DNA from: Octopus vulgaris
Lineage: Eukaryota
Assembly (NCBI GenBank): GCA_951406725.2
Contig: OX597823.1
Location: 97,030,001-97,094,000, forward strand
Reading direction: 5' to 3'
DNA length: 64,000 nucleotides
The notes beneath the pieces are model-generated. The model saw nothing but the letters and a program-made list of their open reading frames with translations. It did no database searches and was not told the DNA's origin. This document shows positions 37,221 through 50,640 of this stretch, piece by piece. A program made the translations under genes and the position numbers. Position 1 is the stretch's first letter, and each line of letters begins with the position of its first letter.

Positions 37221-37441
37221 CCCTTTCGTTACCAACCTGGCTGAAACCGGCTCTGGCTCTTTAGTATAAATGTCTTGTTTTCATAAGTTTTGAATTCAAA
37301 ATTTCCACCAAATTTTAGTCACAATTCATGTTCCTAACACTAGCTCAATGATAACGATGTTATTTTACTAAATTCTTTCTTATATTTAAAATAATTGGAA
37401 GAAACACAGAGCATCTCAAAATAAATACAGTAACGAAAGGG
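37221..37441. mobile_element. piggyBac-type MITE
   Basis: TTAA|ccctttcgttac ... gtaacgaaaggg|TTAA. Decayed relatives at about 38277-38428 and 44043-44205. Confidence 0.8.
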
Positions 37442-37789
37442 TTAATCTATCTTCTCTTACATGATAATCCTCTCTGTTTTGTACTTCTATAAGCTCAGTG
37501 GTGTTGGTGCAGTTTTCTCTCCCACCAACTATCCCATCTTCACTGTTCAACTGGATTGAGGATGGAATGGCTGAAAGGATGAGGGTGCCTGTGTTTGCTC
37601 GTGAATACATAGGTATCTACCTAAATGTAAACTCAGTACATGTTACCTGGTCATACTCACTTCTGAGTGACTGCTATGCTTTCTTAGTAAATACCTCTCA
37701 TCAACTTGCACTAAATATTTAGTAGAATTATGTACATTGTTCCAATAATCAACGAGGGTTTTTAATTTTGAACAAAGATTTAGCTTCAA

Positions 37790-38018
37790 AGAGAGAGAGA
37801 GAGAGAGAGAGACACTCACACACTCACACACACACACTCACTCACTCACACACTCACTCACTCACTCACTCACTCGCACACACACTCACTCACCCACTCA
37901 CTCACTCACACACTTACTCACTCGCACACACACTCACTCGCTCACTCACTCGCACACACACACTCACTCACTCACTCACTCACTCGCTCACACACTCATG
38001 CACACACTCACTCGCTCA

Positions 38019-38050
<32 letters not shown>
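37790..38050. repeat. Compound (GA)n/(CACT)n/(CA)n microsatellite
   Basis: Direct inspection. Confidence 0.9.
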
Positions 38051-38051
<1 letters not shown>

Positions 38052-38767
38052 CAAAGAATTCATGATGTCATACTCAGTGTCTGCATTCTTTATTTTGTAC
38101 CCCAAACAATGCAACAATCCAGTCAGGTATGTGCATTTTCTCTTGTGCCTTTCAGGTGTGCTTTCAATTCTCTTAATTCTTCAAGGTGTTTATGTTTATA
38201 TTTGGGTCACAACCTGAAGTATTTCCTGCTCCTTCTTGGAAATACTTGAAATGTCCACATGGTGTAGAAAATCTAACCCTTTAGCATTTAAAGTGACTAG
38301 ATAATTTATGTTCCAAACACAAGCTTAATGATGATGATGAAATTATTTCACTAAATTCTTTATTCTCCTCCAAATTAATTGAAACAAAAGCAGTGTATTT
38401 AATCAGAAATATGGTAATGAAAGCGTTAAAGCATCATATTTGCATTTAGTGGCATTGCATCAAGTTGCATGTTTTTCTTCAAAACAGCTTCAGTCTCTTT
38501 TGCGATGGTTGGTTAAATTGCTAGTTTTATTGTATTATGATTTCCTCACCAATGGCTACAACTGTTCTTTCTTTGCTACTTTAAGGAAAATACTGTTTAA
38601 TACTGATCGGTGCTTTAAAGAATGTCTTAAATTTGGTTGATTTCTAATTTGTTCCTTTGGTGCTTTAAAAAAAATATCCACATCTTTATTTTCTTACCAA
38701 GTGGTCTTCATTTTTGCAGGTTGTTTTAGTCAACAAAGATATGAATCCAAATTTCAAACATTCTTAT

Positions 38768-38983
38768 AAATAGCCATCTATATATTATACTTAATGTACA
38801 CACACATCTATATAAACTGTTCATAGGCCAGTTACTGTGGTATTTGTCCTGAAATAACATCTCTTATGGTTGAGCTTTGTTAACACAACTCAACCACAAG
38901 AGATGCTGTCTCTGGACAAATACCACAGGAACTGGCCTATCAACAATGTGTCTACATTAAGTATGATACACAGATGGCTATTT
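38768..38983. repeat. Imperfect fold-back (about 100-bp arms)
   Basis: aaatagccatct...ataggccagttactgtggtatttgtcc...ttgag / ctcaa...ggacaaataccacaggaactggcctat...agatggctattt. Confidence 0.75.
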
Positions 38984-39344
38984 TCATGTAATGCTGTATC
39001 AGTTGCATATAATGGATGCTCTTAGTTGAAACTCTCTTAGTTTTCTCAATTTAAAACATCAGATTGGAAAAAAAAATTGAATTGAAACGAAATGAAACTG
39101 CCTCATTTCTGATCTTCCAGCATAGTTGTATTTAAGAATGTTTTAACTAATACATTTTTTTGTTTTTATTATAGTAGGATATGATGTGAGGGAGATACCT
39201 GTTGAGCCATGCAATTCATTTACAGAAAAGGAAAATACGGTTGTAGAATAATACGTAATGTCTCCTTAGCTCTGCAGGGTCTTTTAAGAGTTAATAAATA
39301 ACCTTAGTGAATTTAAGTATATAGGATACAAGTGACTCAGGTAA

Positions 39345-41166
39345 CATCATCATCATCATCATCATCATTTAGCGTCCGTTTTCCATGCTAGCATGGGTTG
39401 GACGGTTCTGCTGGGGTCTGTGAAGCCAGAAGGCTTCATCAGGCCCAGTCAAATCTGGCAGTGTTTCTACGGCTGGATGCCCTTCCTAACGCCAACCACT
39501 CCGTGAGTGTAGTGGGTGCTTTTTACGTGCCACCCGCACTGGTGCCAGACAGAGCTGGCAAACGGCCACGAACGGATGGTGCTTTTTATGTGCCACCGGC
39601 ACGAGGGCCAGGCGAGGCTGGCAACGGACACGAAACGGGGCGGTGCTGGCAACGGTCGCGAAACGGAAAGTTCTCTTACATGCCACCGGCACTGGTAACA
39701 CATCTGCAATTTCCATTGATCGATTTCCATTGATCGATTTCGATTCTGATCCTCACTTGCCTCAATGGGTCTTCACAAGCAGAGTTTCGACATGCCACCG
39801 GCACTGGTAGCACATCCGCAATTTCCATTGATCGATTTCGATTCTGATCCTCACTTGCCTCAACACGTCTTCACAAGTAGAGTTTTGTGTCCCAAGAAGG
39901 GAAGGTATGCATACGTAGGCTGGCTCCATCCCATGTAGAAGGCCACGGGTTGTGGACTCACTTGTCCTGCCGGGTCTTCTCGCGCACAGCACACTTCCAG
40001 AGGTCTCGGTCTCTAGTCATTTCCTCAGTGAGACCTAAAGTTCGAAGGTCGTGCTTCACCACCTCGTCCCAGGTTTTCCTGGGTCTGCCTCTTCCACAGG
40101 TTCCCTCAACCGCTAGGGCGTGGCACTTTTTCACACAACTATCTTCATCCATTCTCGCCACATGACCATACCAGCGCAAACGTCTCTCTTGCACACCACA
40201 ACTGATGCTTCTTAGGTCCAGCTTTTCTCTCAAGGTACTTACACTCTGCCGAGTGTGAGTACTGGCATTACACATCCATCGGAGCATACTGGCTTCATTT
40301 CTAGCGAGCTTACGCATATCCTCAGCAGTCACGGCCCATGTTTCACTGCCATGTAGCATGGCTGTTCGTACACACGCATCATACAGTCTGCCTTTCACTC
40401 TGTGCGAGAGGCCTTTTGTCACCAGCAGAGGTAAGAGCTCTCTGAACTTTGCCCAAGCTATTCTTACTCTAGCAGTTACACTTTCAGCACACCCGCCCCC
40501 GCTGCTGACTTGGTCACCTAGGTAACGGAAACTATCAACTATTTCTAGTTTTTCTCCCTGGAAAGTGACAGAAGTTGGTCTCAGAGCATTTTCAGTGTTT
40601 ATTGTTCCTGAGCATCTGCCACATACAAAAACCATCTTTCTAGTTAGCCTTCCTTTGACATTGCTGCATCTCTTATGTGTCCATAGCTTACACTTGGTGC
40701 ATCTTATAGAGTTTCTACCTACACCTTTTCTACAGATCGAGCAGGGCCATCTACCTGAAGGTGTTTGTGATTTGTCAACCTTCCTACTGATTACGACTTT
40801 GGTTTTAGCTAGATTGACTCTGAGGCCCTTCGATTCTAATCCTTGTTTCCACACCTGAAACTTCTCCTCCAGTTCTGATAGTGACTCAGCAATTAGAGCA
40901 AGGTCATCAGCATAGAGGAGCTCCCAAGGGCATCCTGTCTTGAATTCCTCCGTTATTGCCTGGAGGACAATGATAAATAGGAGGGGGCTGAGTACTGAGC
41001 CTTGGTGGACCCCTACCTCTACCCGGAATTCTTCACTGTACTCATTTCCAACCCTCACCCTACTAGCGGCGTCCCTATACATGGCCCGCACAGCTCTCAC
41101 TAACCATTCATCTATCCCTAGTTTTCTCATTGCCCACCAGATAAGGGATCGGGGGACCCTGTCGAA
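39345..41166 (-). mobile_element. Young 5'-truncated RTE LINE with an uninterrupted 390-aa RT C-terminal ORF and complete 3' UTR
   Basis: ORF 39958-41130 (VGVHQGSVLSPLLF, LLYADDL, FRYLG, RLRWYGHVARM, RGRPRKTW); (GAT)n tail. Confidence 0.95.
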
Positions 41167-41574
41167 GTATCTATATTGTCTTTGCAGTTTGTGTTAGTAA
41201 ACAAAGGTAGAAATTCAAATTTCACATACTCTTGTAAATGTCTGTACTTCTTCATATAAGCAACTGCCATTATGCTCATTAAAATTTTTACTCAGTTGGT
41301 ATTGGGAAGGGCATCCAGCTGTAGAAACCATGTCAAAGCAGACACTGAGGCTCGATTCAGTCCTCTGGTTTGCTGGATCCTGTTAAATCATCCAACCCAT
41401 GCCAGCATGGAAGAGTAGATTTGATTAAATCAACTACACTGCTTCACTGCTACCTTATTTTATTGACCCTAGAAGGATGAAGGGCAAAGCTGACTTTGGT
41501 AGGATTTGATCTCACAACATAAAGGACCATCACATAATACTACAAGGTATTTTGTCTGGCACTCTGAATCTTCC

Positions 41575-43310
41575 ATCATCATCATCATCATTGCTTAACG
41601 TCTGCTTTCCATGCTGGCATGTGTTGGGTGATGGTTTGACAGAGGACTGGCAAGCCAGGAGGCTGCACCAGGCTCCAATCTGATCTGGCAATGTTTCTAC
41701 AGCTGAATGACCTTCCTAATGCCAACCACTCCTAGAGTGTGGTGGGTGCTTTTTATGTGCCACTGGCACAGGAGCCAGTCAGGCGGCACTGGCATCAACC
41801 ACATTCGGATGGAGCTTTTTATGTGCCACCTGTATGGAGAGCCAGTCAGGCAGCACTGGCATCGACCCATGCTTGAATGGTGCTTATTACGTGCCACCAG
41901 CACAGGTGCCAGTCAGGTGGCACTGGCTTCAGCCACAACTACGATTTCCATTTTGATTTTGATTGACTCAATAGGTCTTCTCAAGCTCAGTGTATTGCCC
42001 AACGATTCAAGGGTACTTTTTAAATGGGCTGGTTATGCAACACTGGTAACCTCACTTTCCTTGCTGGGTCTTTTCAATCACAGCATACCTCCAAAGGTCT
42101 TGGTCTCTTGTCATTGCCTCTGTGAGGCCCAACATTCAAAAGTCATGCTTTACCACCTCATCCCATGTCTTCCTGGGTCTCCCTCTTCCACGGGTTCCTT
42201 CCACTGTTAGGAAGTGACACTTCTTCACACAGCTATCCTCATCCATACGTAGCACATGACCATACCAGTCATCTCTCTTGCACACCAAATCTGATGCTTC
42301 TTATGTCCAACATTTCTCTCAGGGCGCTTACACTGATGTGTGTGCACACTGACATTACACATCCAGTGGATCATACTAGCTTCATTTCTTTCAAGCCTAC
42401 GCATGTCTTCAGCAGTTACAGCCCATGTTTCACTGCCGAATAGCATGGTAGTTTGCACACATGCATTGTACAATCTACCTTCAACTCTGAGCTAGAGACC
42501 ATTTGTCACCAGTAGAGGTAGGAGCTTTCTGAACTTTGCTCAGGCTATTCTTATTCTAGTGGCAATGCTCTCTGAGCATCCACTCCCACTACAGACTTGG
42601 TCACCTAGGTAGCAGAAGCTATCAACTACTTCTAATTTCTCCTCCTGGCATGTGATGGAACCTGTTTTCTGAGCATCTTTGGTGTTTATTACTCCTGTGC
42701 ATCTGCCACACATGAAAACTATCTTCCTGGTTAACATTCCTTTGATATTGCTGCACCTCTTATGTGTCCATAGCTTGTACTGGGTATATGTTATGGAGTT
42801 TCTACCTACGTCTTTCCTACAGATTGAGCAGGGCCATCTACCTGACTGGATTTGAGATGTGTTTGCCTTCCTACTTACTAGAACTTTGGCTTTTGCAACA
42901 TTGATTCCAAGGTCCTTTGATTCTAGACTTTGCTTCCACACTTGAAACTTCATCTCTAGTTCTAATCGTGACTCAGCTATTAGAGCAAGGTCATCAGTAT
43001 AGAAGAGCTCCCAGGGGCAGCCTATATTGAATTTCTCTGTTATTGCCTGGAGGACTGACCCTTGATGAACCCCTACTTCTACCTGGATTTCTTCATTATA
43101 TTCATTGCCAACCCTCACCTTACTGACAACATCTCTGTACAGGGCTTCTACAGCTCTTACCAACCACTTGTCTATCCTTGGTTTCCACATTGATGTCCAG
43201 ATAAGGAATCTGGGGACACTGTCAAAGGTTTTGTCCAAGTCAACAAAAGCCAAGTACAGAGGTTTATCTTTGGCTAGGTATTTCCCCTGCAGTTGCCTTA
43301 CCAGAAATAT
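41575..43310 (-). mobile_element. Older RTE LINE copy (RT plus 3' UTR)
   Basis: AFVDLDKTFDSVPR, LFYTDDL; stops and frameshifts. Confidence 0.9.
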
Positions 43311-44277
43311 AACATCAGTGGTGACATGTAGAAAGCACCATCCAAACGTGGTTGATGCCAGTCCTTGGGCCGACTAAAGCCTTGTGAGTGGATTAGGTAG
43401 ACGGAAACTGAAAGAAGTCCATTGTATATGTGTGTTTGTCTGTCTATGTGTGTCTGTCTTTGTGTTTGTCCCCCAACCACCACTTGAGAACTGGTGTTGG
43501 TGTGTTTATGTCCCTGTAACTAAGCAGTTCAGCAAAAGAAACTGATAGAATAAGCACTAGGCTTGAAAGAATAAGTCCTGGGGTCGATTTGTTTGATTAA
43601 AATTCTTCAAAGGAGTGCCCCAGCATGGCCACAGTCAAATGACTGATATGAATAAAAGTAAAAAAAAAAATGAAAAATGAAAGTGATAATGTAATAGATA
43701 CATTATTAATGCAATAGATAAATTAACAATGTAATAGATTAGAGACACTTATCTCAAGAATGGTGAATAATTTATTCATGGTATAGATAATTTATTCATG
43801 CTATTAATACAATAGACAAATGAATAGTATATCTTAAGAAAGCTGGATACATTATTAATGTAACTTCTCGTTAATAAGATAAAAATCTTATCTGAATTTT
43901 TTATTATTTCACATTGTGAATCAATTAGAATCAATTGTGACATGTTCTTAGTAACATCTGTTCATTTCTTTTAGGCATATGTCTCCAATGAAAGCCAGTT
44001 GTGGTGGTCAGCACAATTTAAAAGTGCAAAGTGTAAACTATTTTAACCCTTTTGTGTCAATATTTAAAGTATATTTTGAAAATAATGAAGGGTTTAGTAA
44101 AATAACTTTATCAAGAAATTTTGATAGAAGATTTTTATTTAGATCACACAGGAAGTTTTTATCATAGGACCGGGGGTGGTTTCAGGCTGGCTGCTATCAA
44201 AAGAGATAAATCAGCTCATTTAGAAGCCATTAAGGCTTATTTAAGAAATGATACAGGTTAAATGAGATAATAGCTTA

Positions 44278-44998
44278 GAGATGAGGTAGTGAAGCATGAC
44301 CTTCAAACACTGGGCCTCACCGAGGCAATGACTAGTGACCGGGACCTCTGGAAATATGCTGTGCTTGAGAAGACTCGGCAAGTGCAAGTGAGACCATAAC
44401 CTTGTGGCCTATGCCAGGGGTGTAACCAGCCCACTTATGCGTGCCTTTCCTTCATTGGACACTAAACTCTGCTTGCGAAGACTTGTTAAGGCAAGTGAAA
44501 TTGAAATCAATATCGAAATCAAATTCGATGACTGGCATCCGTGCTAGTGGAACACTAAGAGAACCATACGAGTGAGATCGGGGCCAGAGCAACAAGCTGG
44601 CCTCCGAGCCGATGGCACGTTAAAAACACTGTTCGAGTGTGATTGTTACCTGCATCGCCTTACTAACACCTGTGCTCGTAGCACGTGACAAAACATTCGA
44701 GCAAGGTCATTGCCAGTGCTGCTGGACTGGCTCCTGTGAAGGTGGCACATAAAAAGCACCATTTGAGTGTGGCTGTTGCCAGTACTGCCTGACTGGCCTT
44801 CGTGCCGGTGGCACGTAAAAGCACCTACTACACTCTCAGAGTGGTTGGTGTTAGGAAGGGCATCAAGCTGTAGAAACTCTGCCAGATCAGATTGGAGTCT
44901 GGTGCAGCCATCTGGTTTGCCAGACCTCAGTCAAATCGTCCAACCCATGCCAGCATGGAAAGCGGACGTTAAACGATGATGATGATGATGATGATGAT
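44278..44998 (+). mobile_element. RTE LINE 3' end
   Basis: DEVVKHDLQTLGLTEAMT..., 3' UTR subrepeats, (GAT)n. Confidence 0.85.
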
Positions 44999-45147
44999 TA
45001 AAAGTTCCTGTGATAGTCTTTCTTTATTTCACAGTCTTTTGTCTTTAAAAAAACCCCAAAATAGTTGTATATTTTTCTTTCTCTTTTTCATGTTTTGTTC
45101 TTCTCCTTGTTTATTTTATGTTTTCGTTTGTGATTTCATGTGACCAG

Positions 45148-45275
45148 TCGAAACAGCAACTAGCTGATAGCGATGCCATCCAGTCAGAAACAGTTGGGCA
45201 GGCGTATCTGGAGGAGTATGCCCTCAAGTTTTTCATTGTGGCTGACAACAAAGACAGAGCTGCTCAATTTGATAA
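45148..45275 (+). CDS. VTA1: VTA1 exon 3 (SKQQLADSDAIQSETVGQAYLEEYALKFFIVADNKDRAAQFD-K)
   Basis: ccag| acceptor and aa|gtatgt donor; phase 0 to 2; conserved LE.YALK.F..ADN.DRA. Confidence 0.95.
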
Positions 45276-45446
45276 GTATGTATTGTTTGGAGCCAAAAAT
45301 TATTCATCAGAAACACACACACACACACACAGAGAGAGTCTCAGTTAAGTCAATATATGCTGTCATCTCTACCCCTGATACCCTCTCTTCTTCCTGTCAT
45401 TCATCTCTCTCTCTTTCTTTCTCACTTACTCCCACTTCTATCCTGT

Positions 45447-45484
<38 letters not shown>

Positions 45485-45509
45485 TAATAATAATAACAAT
45501 AATAATAAT

Positions 45510-45858
45510 AGCACTCAGAGAGGGAAAACCTCCACCAAGGCAACACCAACATCCTCTCAATGATTAGCCGATGATTTTTAAAATGAGAATATCTGAAATA
45601 AACTCAGCTGCTCTCACAAACGAGAATACTAATAATGAAACTGACTGTTCTCAAAAATTAAGTAAAAAAACAAGAAAAATAATCCAGAGTCCTTGTCTGA
45701 AACTGGATCAATCCCAAAATCTAATCAGTTCATGCCAGTCACGAGGCCAAACATTCCTGACAGTTTCATCAGAATCCATCCAGCAATTCTTGAGAAGTCT
45801 TGTCCATGGACAAACACATCTGGAAAGAATACCTCTGCCTTCGCAAAAGCGGAGGTAA
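45510..45858 (+). mobile_element. Helentron/DINE-like non-autonomous element in (TAA)n
   Basis: Subterminal acctccacc and 3' hairpin acctctgcc..gcggaggt; inserted in AAT repeats. Confidence 0.4.
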
Positions 45859-46597
45859 TAATAATCCTTTCTACTAAAGGCACAAGGCTTGAAATTTGGA
45901 GGGAGGGGACTAATGAATTACTGTGACCCCTGTATGTGACTGGTACTTAATTTATCAATCCCAAAAGGATGGAAGGCAAAGATGACCTTGGCGGAATTTG
46001 AACTCAGAATGTAAAGATAGACGAAATGCCGGAAAGTGCTTTGCCTGGCATGCTAACGGTTCTGCCAGTTTGCTGCCTTAATAATAATGGTAATAATCCT
46101 TTCTACTATAGGCACAAAGCCTGAAATTTTGGGGCAGTGGGCTAGTCAATTACATCGACCCCAGTGCATAACTGGTACTTATTTCATCGACCCTCAAAAA
46201 GATAAAAGCAAAGTCGACCTTGGTGAAATTTGAACTCAGAACATAAAAATGGGTGGAATACCACTTAAATATTTAACGCGGCTTCCTAATGATCCTAAAT
46301 AATAATTCTTTCTACTATAGGCACAAAGCCTGAAAAGTTGTTGGAGGATGTTAGTTGACTACATTGTTTCGGGTGTTTGACTGGTACCTATTTATTGACC
46401 TCAAAAGGATGAAAAGCAAAGTCAGTCTCAGTGAAAAGTAATAATAATAATAATAATGATAATAATAATAATAATATATATATATATATGTGTGTGTGCT
46501 TGAGAAAACCTATTGAGTCAAGTAAAATCAAGATCAAAATCAAAAATGGAAATTATAGTTGTGACTGAAACCAGTGCCACCTGACTGGAATACATGT

Positions 46598-47270
46598 TGG
46601 TGGCACGTAATAAGTACCATTCAAAAGTAGGTCGATGCCACTGCCACCTGACTGGCTCTCCGTGCTGGTGATATGTAAAAAGCACCATCCAAGCATGGTC
46701 GATGCCAGTCCCTGACTGGCTCTTGTGCCGGTAGCACGTAATAAGTACCATTCAAAAGTAGGTCGATGCCACTGCCACCTGACTGGCTCTCCGTGCTGGT
46801 GATATGTAAAAAGCACCATCCAAGCATGGTCGATGCCAGTCCCTGACTGGCTCTTGTGCCGGTAGCACGTAATAAGTACCATTCAAAAGTAGGTCGATGC
46901 CACTGCCACCTGACTGGCTCTCCGTGCTGGTGATATGTAAAAAGCACCATCCAAGCATTATCGATGCCAGTCCCTGACTGGCTCTTGTGCCGGTAGCACG
47001 TAATAAGTACCATTCAAAAGTAGGTCGATGCCACTGCCACCTGACTGGCTCTCCGTGCTGGTGATATGTAAAAAGCACCATCCAAGCATGGTCGATGCCA
47101 GTCCCTGACTGGCTCTTGTGCCGGTAGCACGTAATAAGCACCATTCAAACGTGAGTCGACGCCAGTGCTGCCTGACTGGCTCCCCATGCTGGTGGCACAT
47201 AAAAAGCACCATCCGAATGTGGTCAATGCGAGTGCCGCCTGACTGACTCTGTGACAGTGGCACGTAAAAA
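46598..47270 (+). repeat. 131-bp tandem array (about 4 near-identical units, each a dimer of about 65-bp subunits) inside an RTE 3' UTR
   Basis: Period shown by identical ORF starts at 46751/46882/47013/47144. Confidence 0.9.
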
Positions 47271-48199
47271 GCACCCACTACACTCTCGGAGTGGTTGGTG
47301 TTAGGAAGGGCATCCAGCTGTAGAAACCTTGCCAGATCAGATTGGAGCCTGGCACAGCCTACTGGCTTGCTAGTCCCCAGTATGGAAAACAGATGTTCAA
47401 CAATGATAATATAGATATACTATGTAATATATATATATATGTATGTAATCTCCCACCACCATTACCGGATATCTCTCTTCTCTCACCAGAAACCCTCTCC
47501 CTCATTGGTGGTATCCTCTATCATACCTGCAATCTCCTCTCCCTCTCTCTCTCTCTCCCAGGACAAATGCAACTGGTTTAGCTGTCCACCTACTTAATTG
47601 GCTATCTTTTGTTTTGACTCAAAATTTGTCAACAAACTACTCAGTAATTTCCATGGATGTATCAAAGGGAAAGAGAAAGCTAATGGGCTATATGTGCGTG
47701 CTTGTTCCGTACTCGCGCGCATGTATGTGTGTGTGTGTGTGCATATGCATGCTTGTTTCTGTCTGTGTGTATATTGATGTGTGCTTGCTTGTTCTAATGG
47801 GTGTGCTTGTTCCTCTCTTCTCTCACCATAAACCCCCTCCCTCATTGGTGGTATCCTTATCATACCTGCAATTTCTTCCCCATCTCTCTCTCTCGGGACA
47901 AATGCAACTAGTTTAGCTGCCAACCTACTTAATCTAACATTGGCATATTCATATTCTTCTCTCTTCTTTTTCTTCTCTTCCTTTATCTATTTTTTGGTTT
48001 ACTTATATCTGCAACTCCAGGAATGCTTAAATTCATGCTTTTACGAAGTCAGTAATGCTTTTACTTACAGCGCCACTAACACCTACTCCTACCCCCTGTA
48101 GGGGCAACAATCTTAACATGCTCAAATGTTTGAATGATGACAGGTCAAAAGTGAGAACAGGTGTAGCATGTCGATTAAGCGAACATGAAAACCTTCTTT

Positions 48200-50640
48200 T
48201 CAGGCACTGAATCACATCTCCCCTCCCCATGTCTCCTCCTACATTCCTGTCCCTGTTTTTAGAGTTGGCACTGTCAATGTAGGCACACTGAAAGGTAGCA
48301 CTAGTGAGATTGTAGAGATGCTTGAATGGAGACGTGTTGATGTATGCTGCATACAAGAAGTAAGATGGAGAGGAGCTTCAGTCAGGATCCTCACAGGCAA
48401 GGCACATAGGTATAAAATCTTCTGGGAAGGAAACAGTGATGAAGTAGGGGGTGTAAGTATACTCCTTGCGGAGAAATGGATGGATAAGGTCATAGAGGTA
48501 GTCAGGGTATGCGATAGAGGGCTTAAGCTCAGGCTAGTCTTGCAAAATGGTATAGCTACAATTATCTCTGCCTATGCCCCACAAACGATCAGAAGGGCCA
48601 CTTTTATGACATCCTTCTACAGGCCACCTCAAAAACAAGTGGCAATGATCTCATCTTTGCGGCTGGGGATTTTAATGGTCATGTTGGACGGCAATCTTGT
48701 ATCTTCCATGGTGTTCACTGGGGCTATGGAATTAGTTCCTGAAATGAAGTGGGTATGAGGCTACTGGAGTTCTGTGATGTATGCAACCTATTAATCTGCA
48801 GCACTAACTTCAGGAAGCCAGACAGCCACCTGATAACCTATCAATCGGAGGACTCTGCTAGCCAGATTGATTTCATCCTCACCAGACAGCGGGACGCAGG
48901 GTTGCTCTTAAATACAAAGACTCTCCCTTGTGAAGAAAGTACCCCCCAGTATAGGCTAGTCATTAGTGACTTTAGGCTCGAGGCCAAAAGGATACCAAGA
49001 AGTAGACCAATCTGGAAGCTAAAGAACCCTTCACATGGTCAGAGATTTAGGGACATCCTCACTGAGAAATTTGATGAGAGAGAGGAGGAGCTACAGACTT
49101 CAGGCATAGAGGGTAACTGGAAATTCCTGTGTGACAGCTGACTGAGCACCACAGACTAAATCTTTGGCTGGGGCAAAGTCCCTTCCAGACCTAGAGTTAC
49201 GTGGTGGTGGAATAGTACAGTAGACAAAAGCCATTAGAGCAAAGAAACAGGCCTGGAAAACCTAGAAGAGTGGGGGTAGCAAGGAACTGTACCAGATAGC
49301 CTGAAAGGAGGCTGGGCGACAGGTATATATAGCCAAGGGGAAAGCAGAAAAAAGAAGTTTGCCATTGTTCAGCGACGTGAGGACCAAAGAACTGAAGGAG
49401 TTCAGATTGCAAGACAGTGTGTGAGAGAAAATTGTGATGTCACAGGAGAGAAATGTGTCCGCATGGATGATGGTGCATTTGCTTTCAATGTTTCTGAAAA
49501 GAAAGGGGCTTGGAGAAGCCATTATGAGAGACTGCTGAATGTGGAAAATGAATGAGAGGAGGAGAGCCTGCTAAATGTTGACCCAATTGAGGGACCAGCT
49601 ACCCGAATAGATAGCACCCTGGTAGATAAAGCAATTAAGGATATGAAGTCAGGAAAAGCCTCCGGCCCATCAGGAATCAATGCTGAGATGCTTTAAATAT
49701 CTGGTGGTGTGGGTCGTGGCCTAGTTACCCATATTCTAAACCAAGTTGTTCAGAAAGGAGTCATACCCAATGACTGGCATAGCAGCACCATAGACATCTG
49801 CTAGAAAGGTAAAGCTGGTGCTTTAGCTCAAAATAACTGCATGGGTATCAAACTGCTAGGATCAGGTGATAAAGGTCATGGAGAGGGTCATAGCCCAACT
49901 AATTAGGGAGAGTCTGCTTAGATGAGATGCAGTTTGGTTTTGTGCCAGGTAGAAACACCCCTGATGTTATATTTCTGGTAAGGCAACTGCAGGAGAAATA
50001 CCAAGCCAAAGATAAATCCTTTTATTTGGCTTTTGTTGACTTGGAAAAAGCCTTTGACAGGGTCCCCCAATCCCTTATCTGGTGGGTGATGCAGAAACTG
50101 GAGATTGACGAGTGGTTAATAAGAGCTGTACAGGCCTTATACAAGGATGCCGTTAGTAAGGTAAAGGTCGACAATGAATATAGCAAAGAATTCTGGGTAG
50201 AAGTAGGAGTTCACCAAGGATCAGCCCTCATCCCCCAGCCCCTCTTATCATAGTCATCCAGGCAATAACAGAAATGTAAGATGGGCTGCCCCTCAGAGCT
50301 CCTCTATGCTGATGGCATTCCTCTTATAGTGGAATCACTACCAGAACTAGAGAAGAAATTTCAGGTGTGGAAGCAAGGTTCACAATTGAAGGGCCTTAGA
50401 GTTAATGTTGCAAAAACCAAAACCTACACCAGTGTCACATAACCATCCCATTTAAAAAGTACCTTTGAACCATCAGGCAACATTCTGTGCTTGAGGAGAC
50501 CTATTGAGTCAAGTAAATCAAATCAAATCACAATCAAATAGAAATTGTAGTTGTGGCCGCCACCACTGCGTGGGTCGCTGCCAGAGTCACCTAACTGGCT
50601 CCCCATGCTGGTGGCACGTAAAAAGCACCATCCAATCATG
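48200..50640 (+). mobile_element. Degenerate RTE LINE (APE plus RT), sense to VTA1 intron 3
   Basis: RVGTVNVGTLKG, CCIQEVRW, SAYAPQ, SQIDFIL, QFGFVPGR, AFVDLEKAFDRVP; many stops. Confidence 0.9.

Noticed and set aside
46598-47270. CRISPR-like regular repeats
   Set aside because: No unique spacers, eukaryotic context, and the units derive from the RTE 3' UTR.
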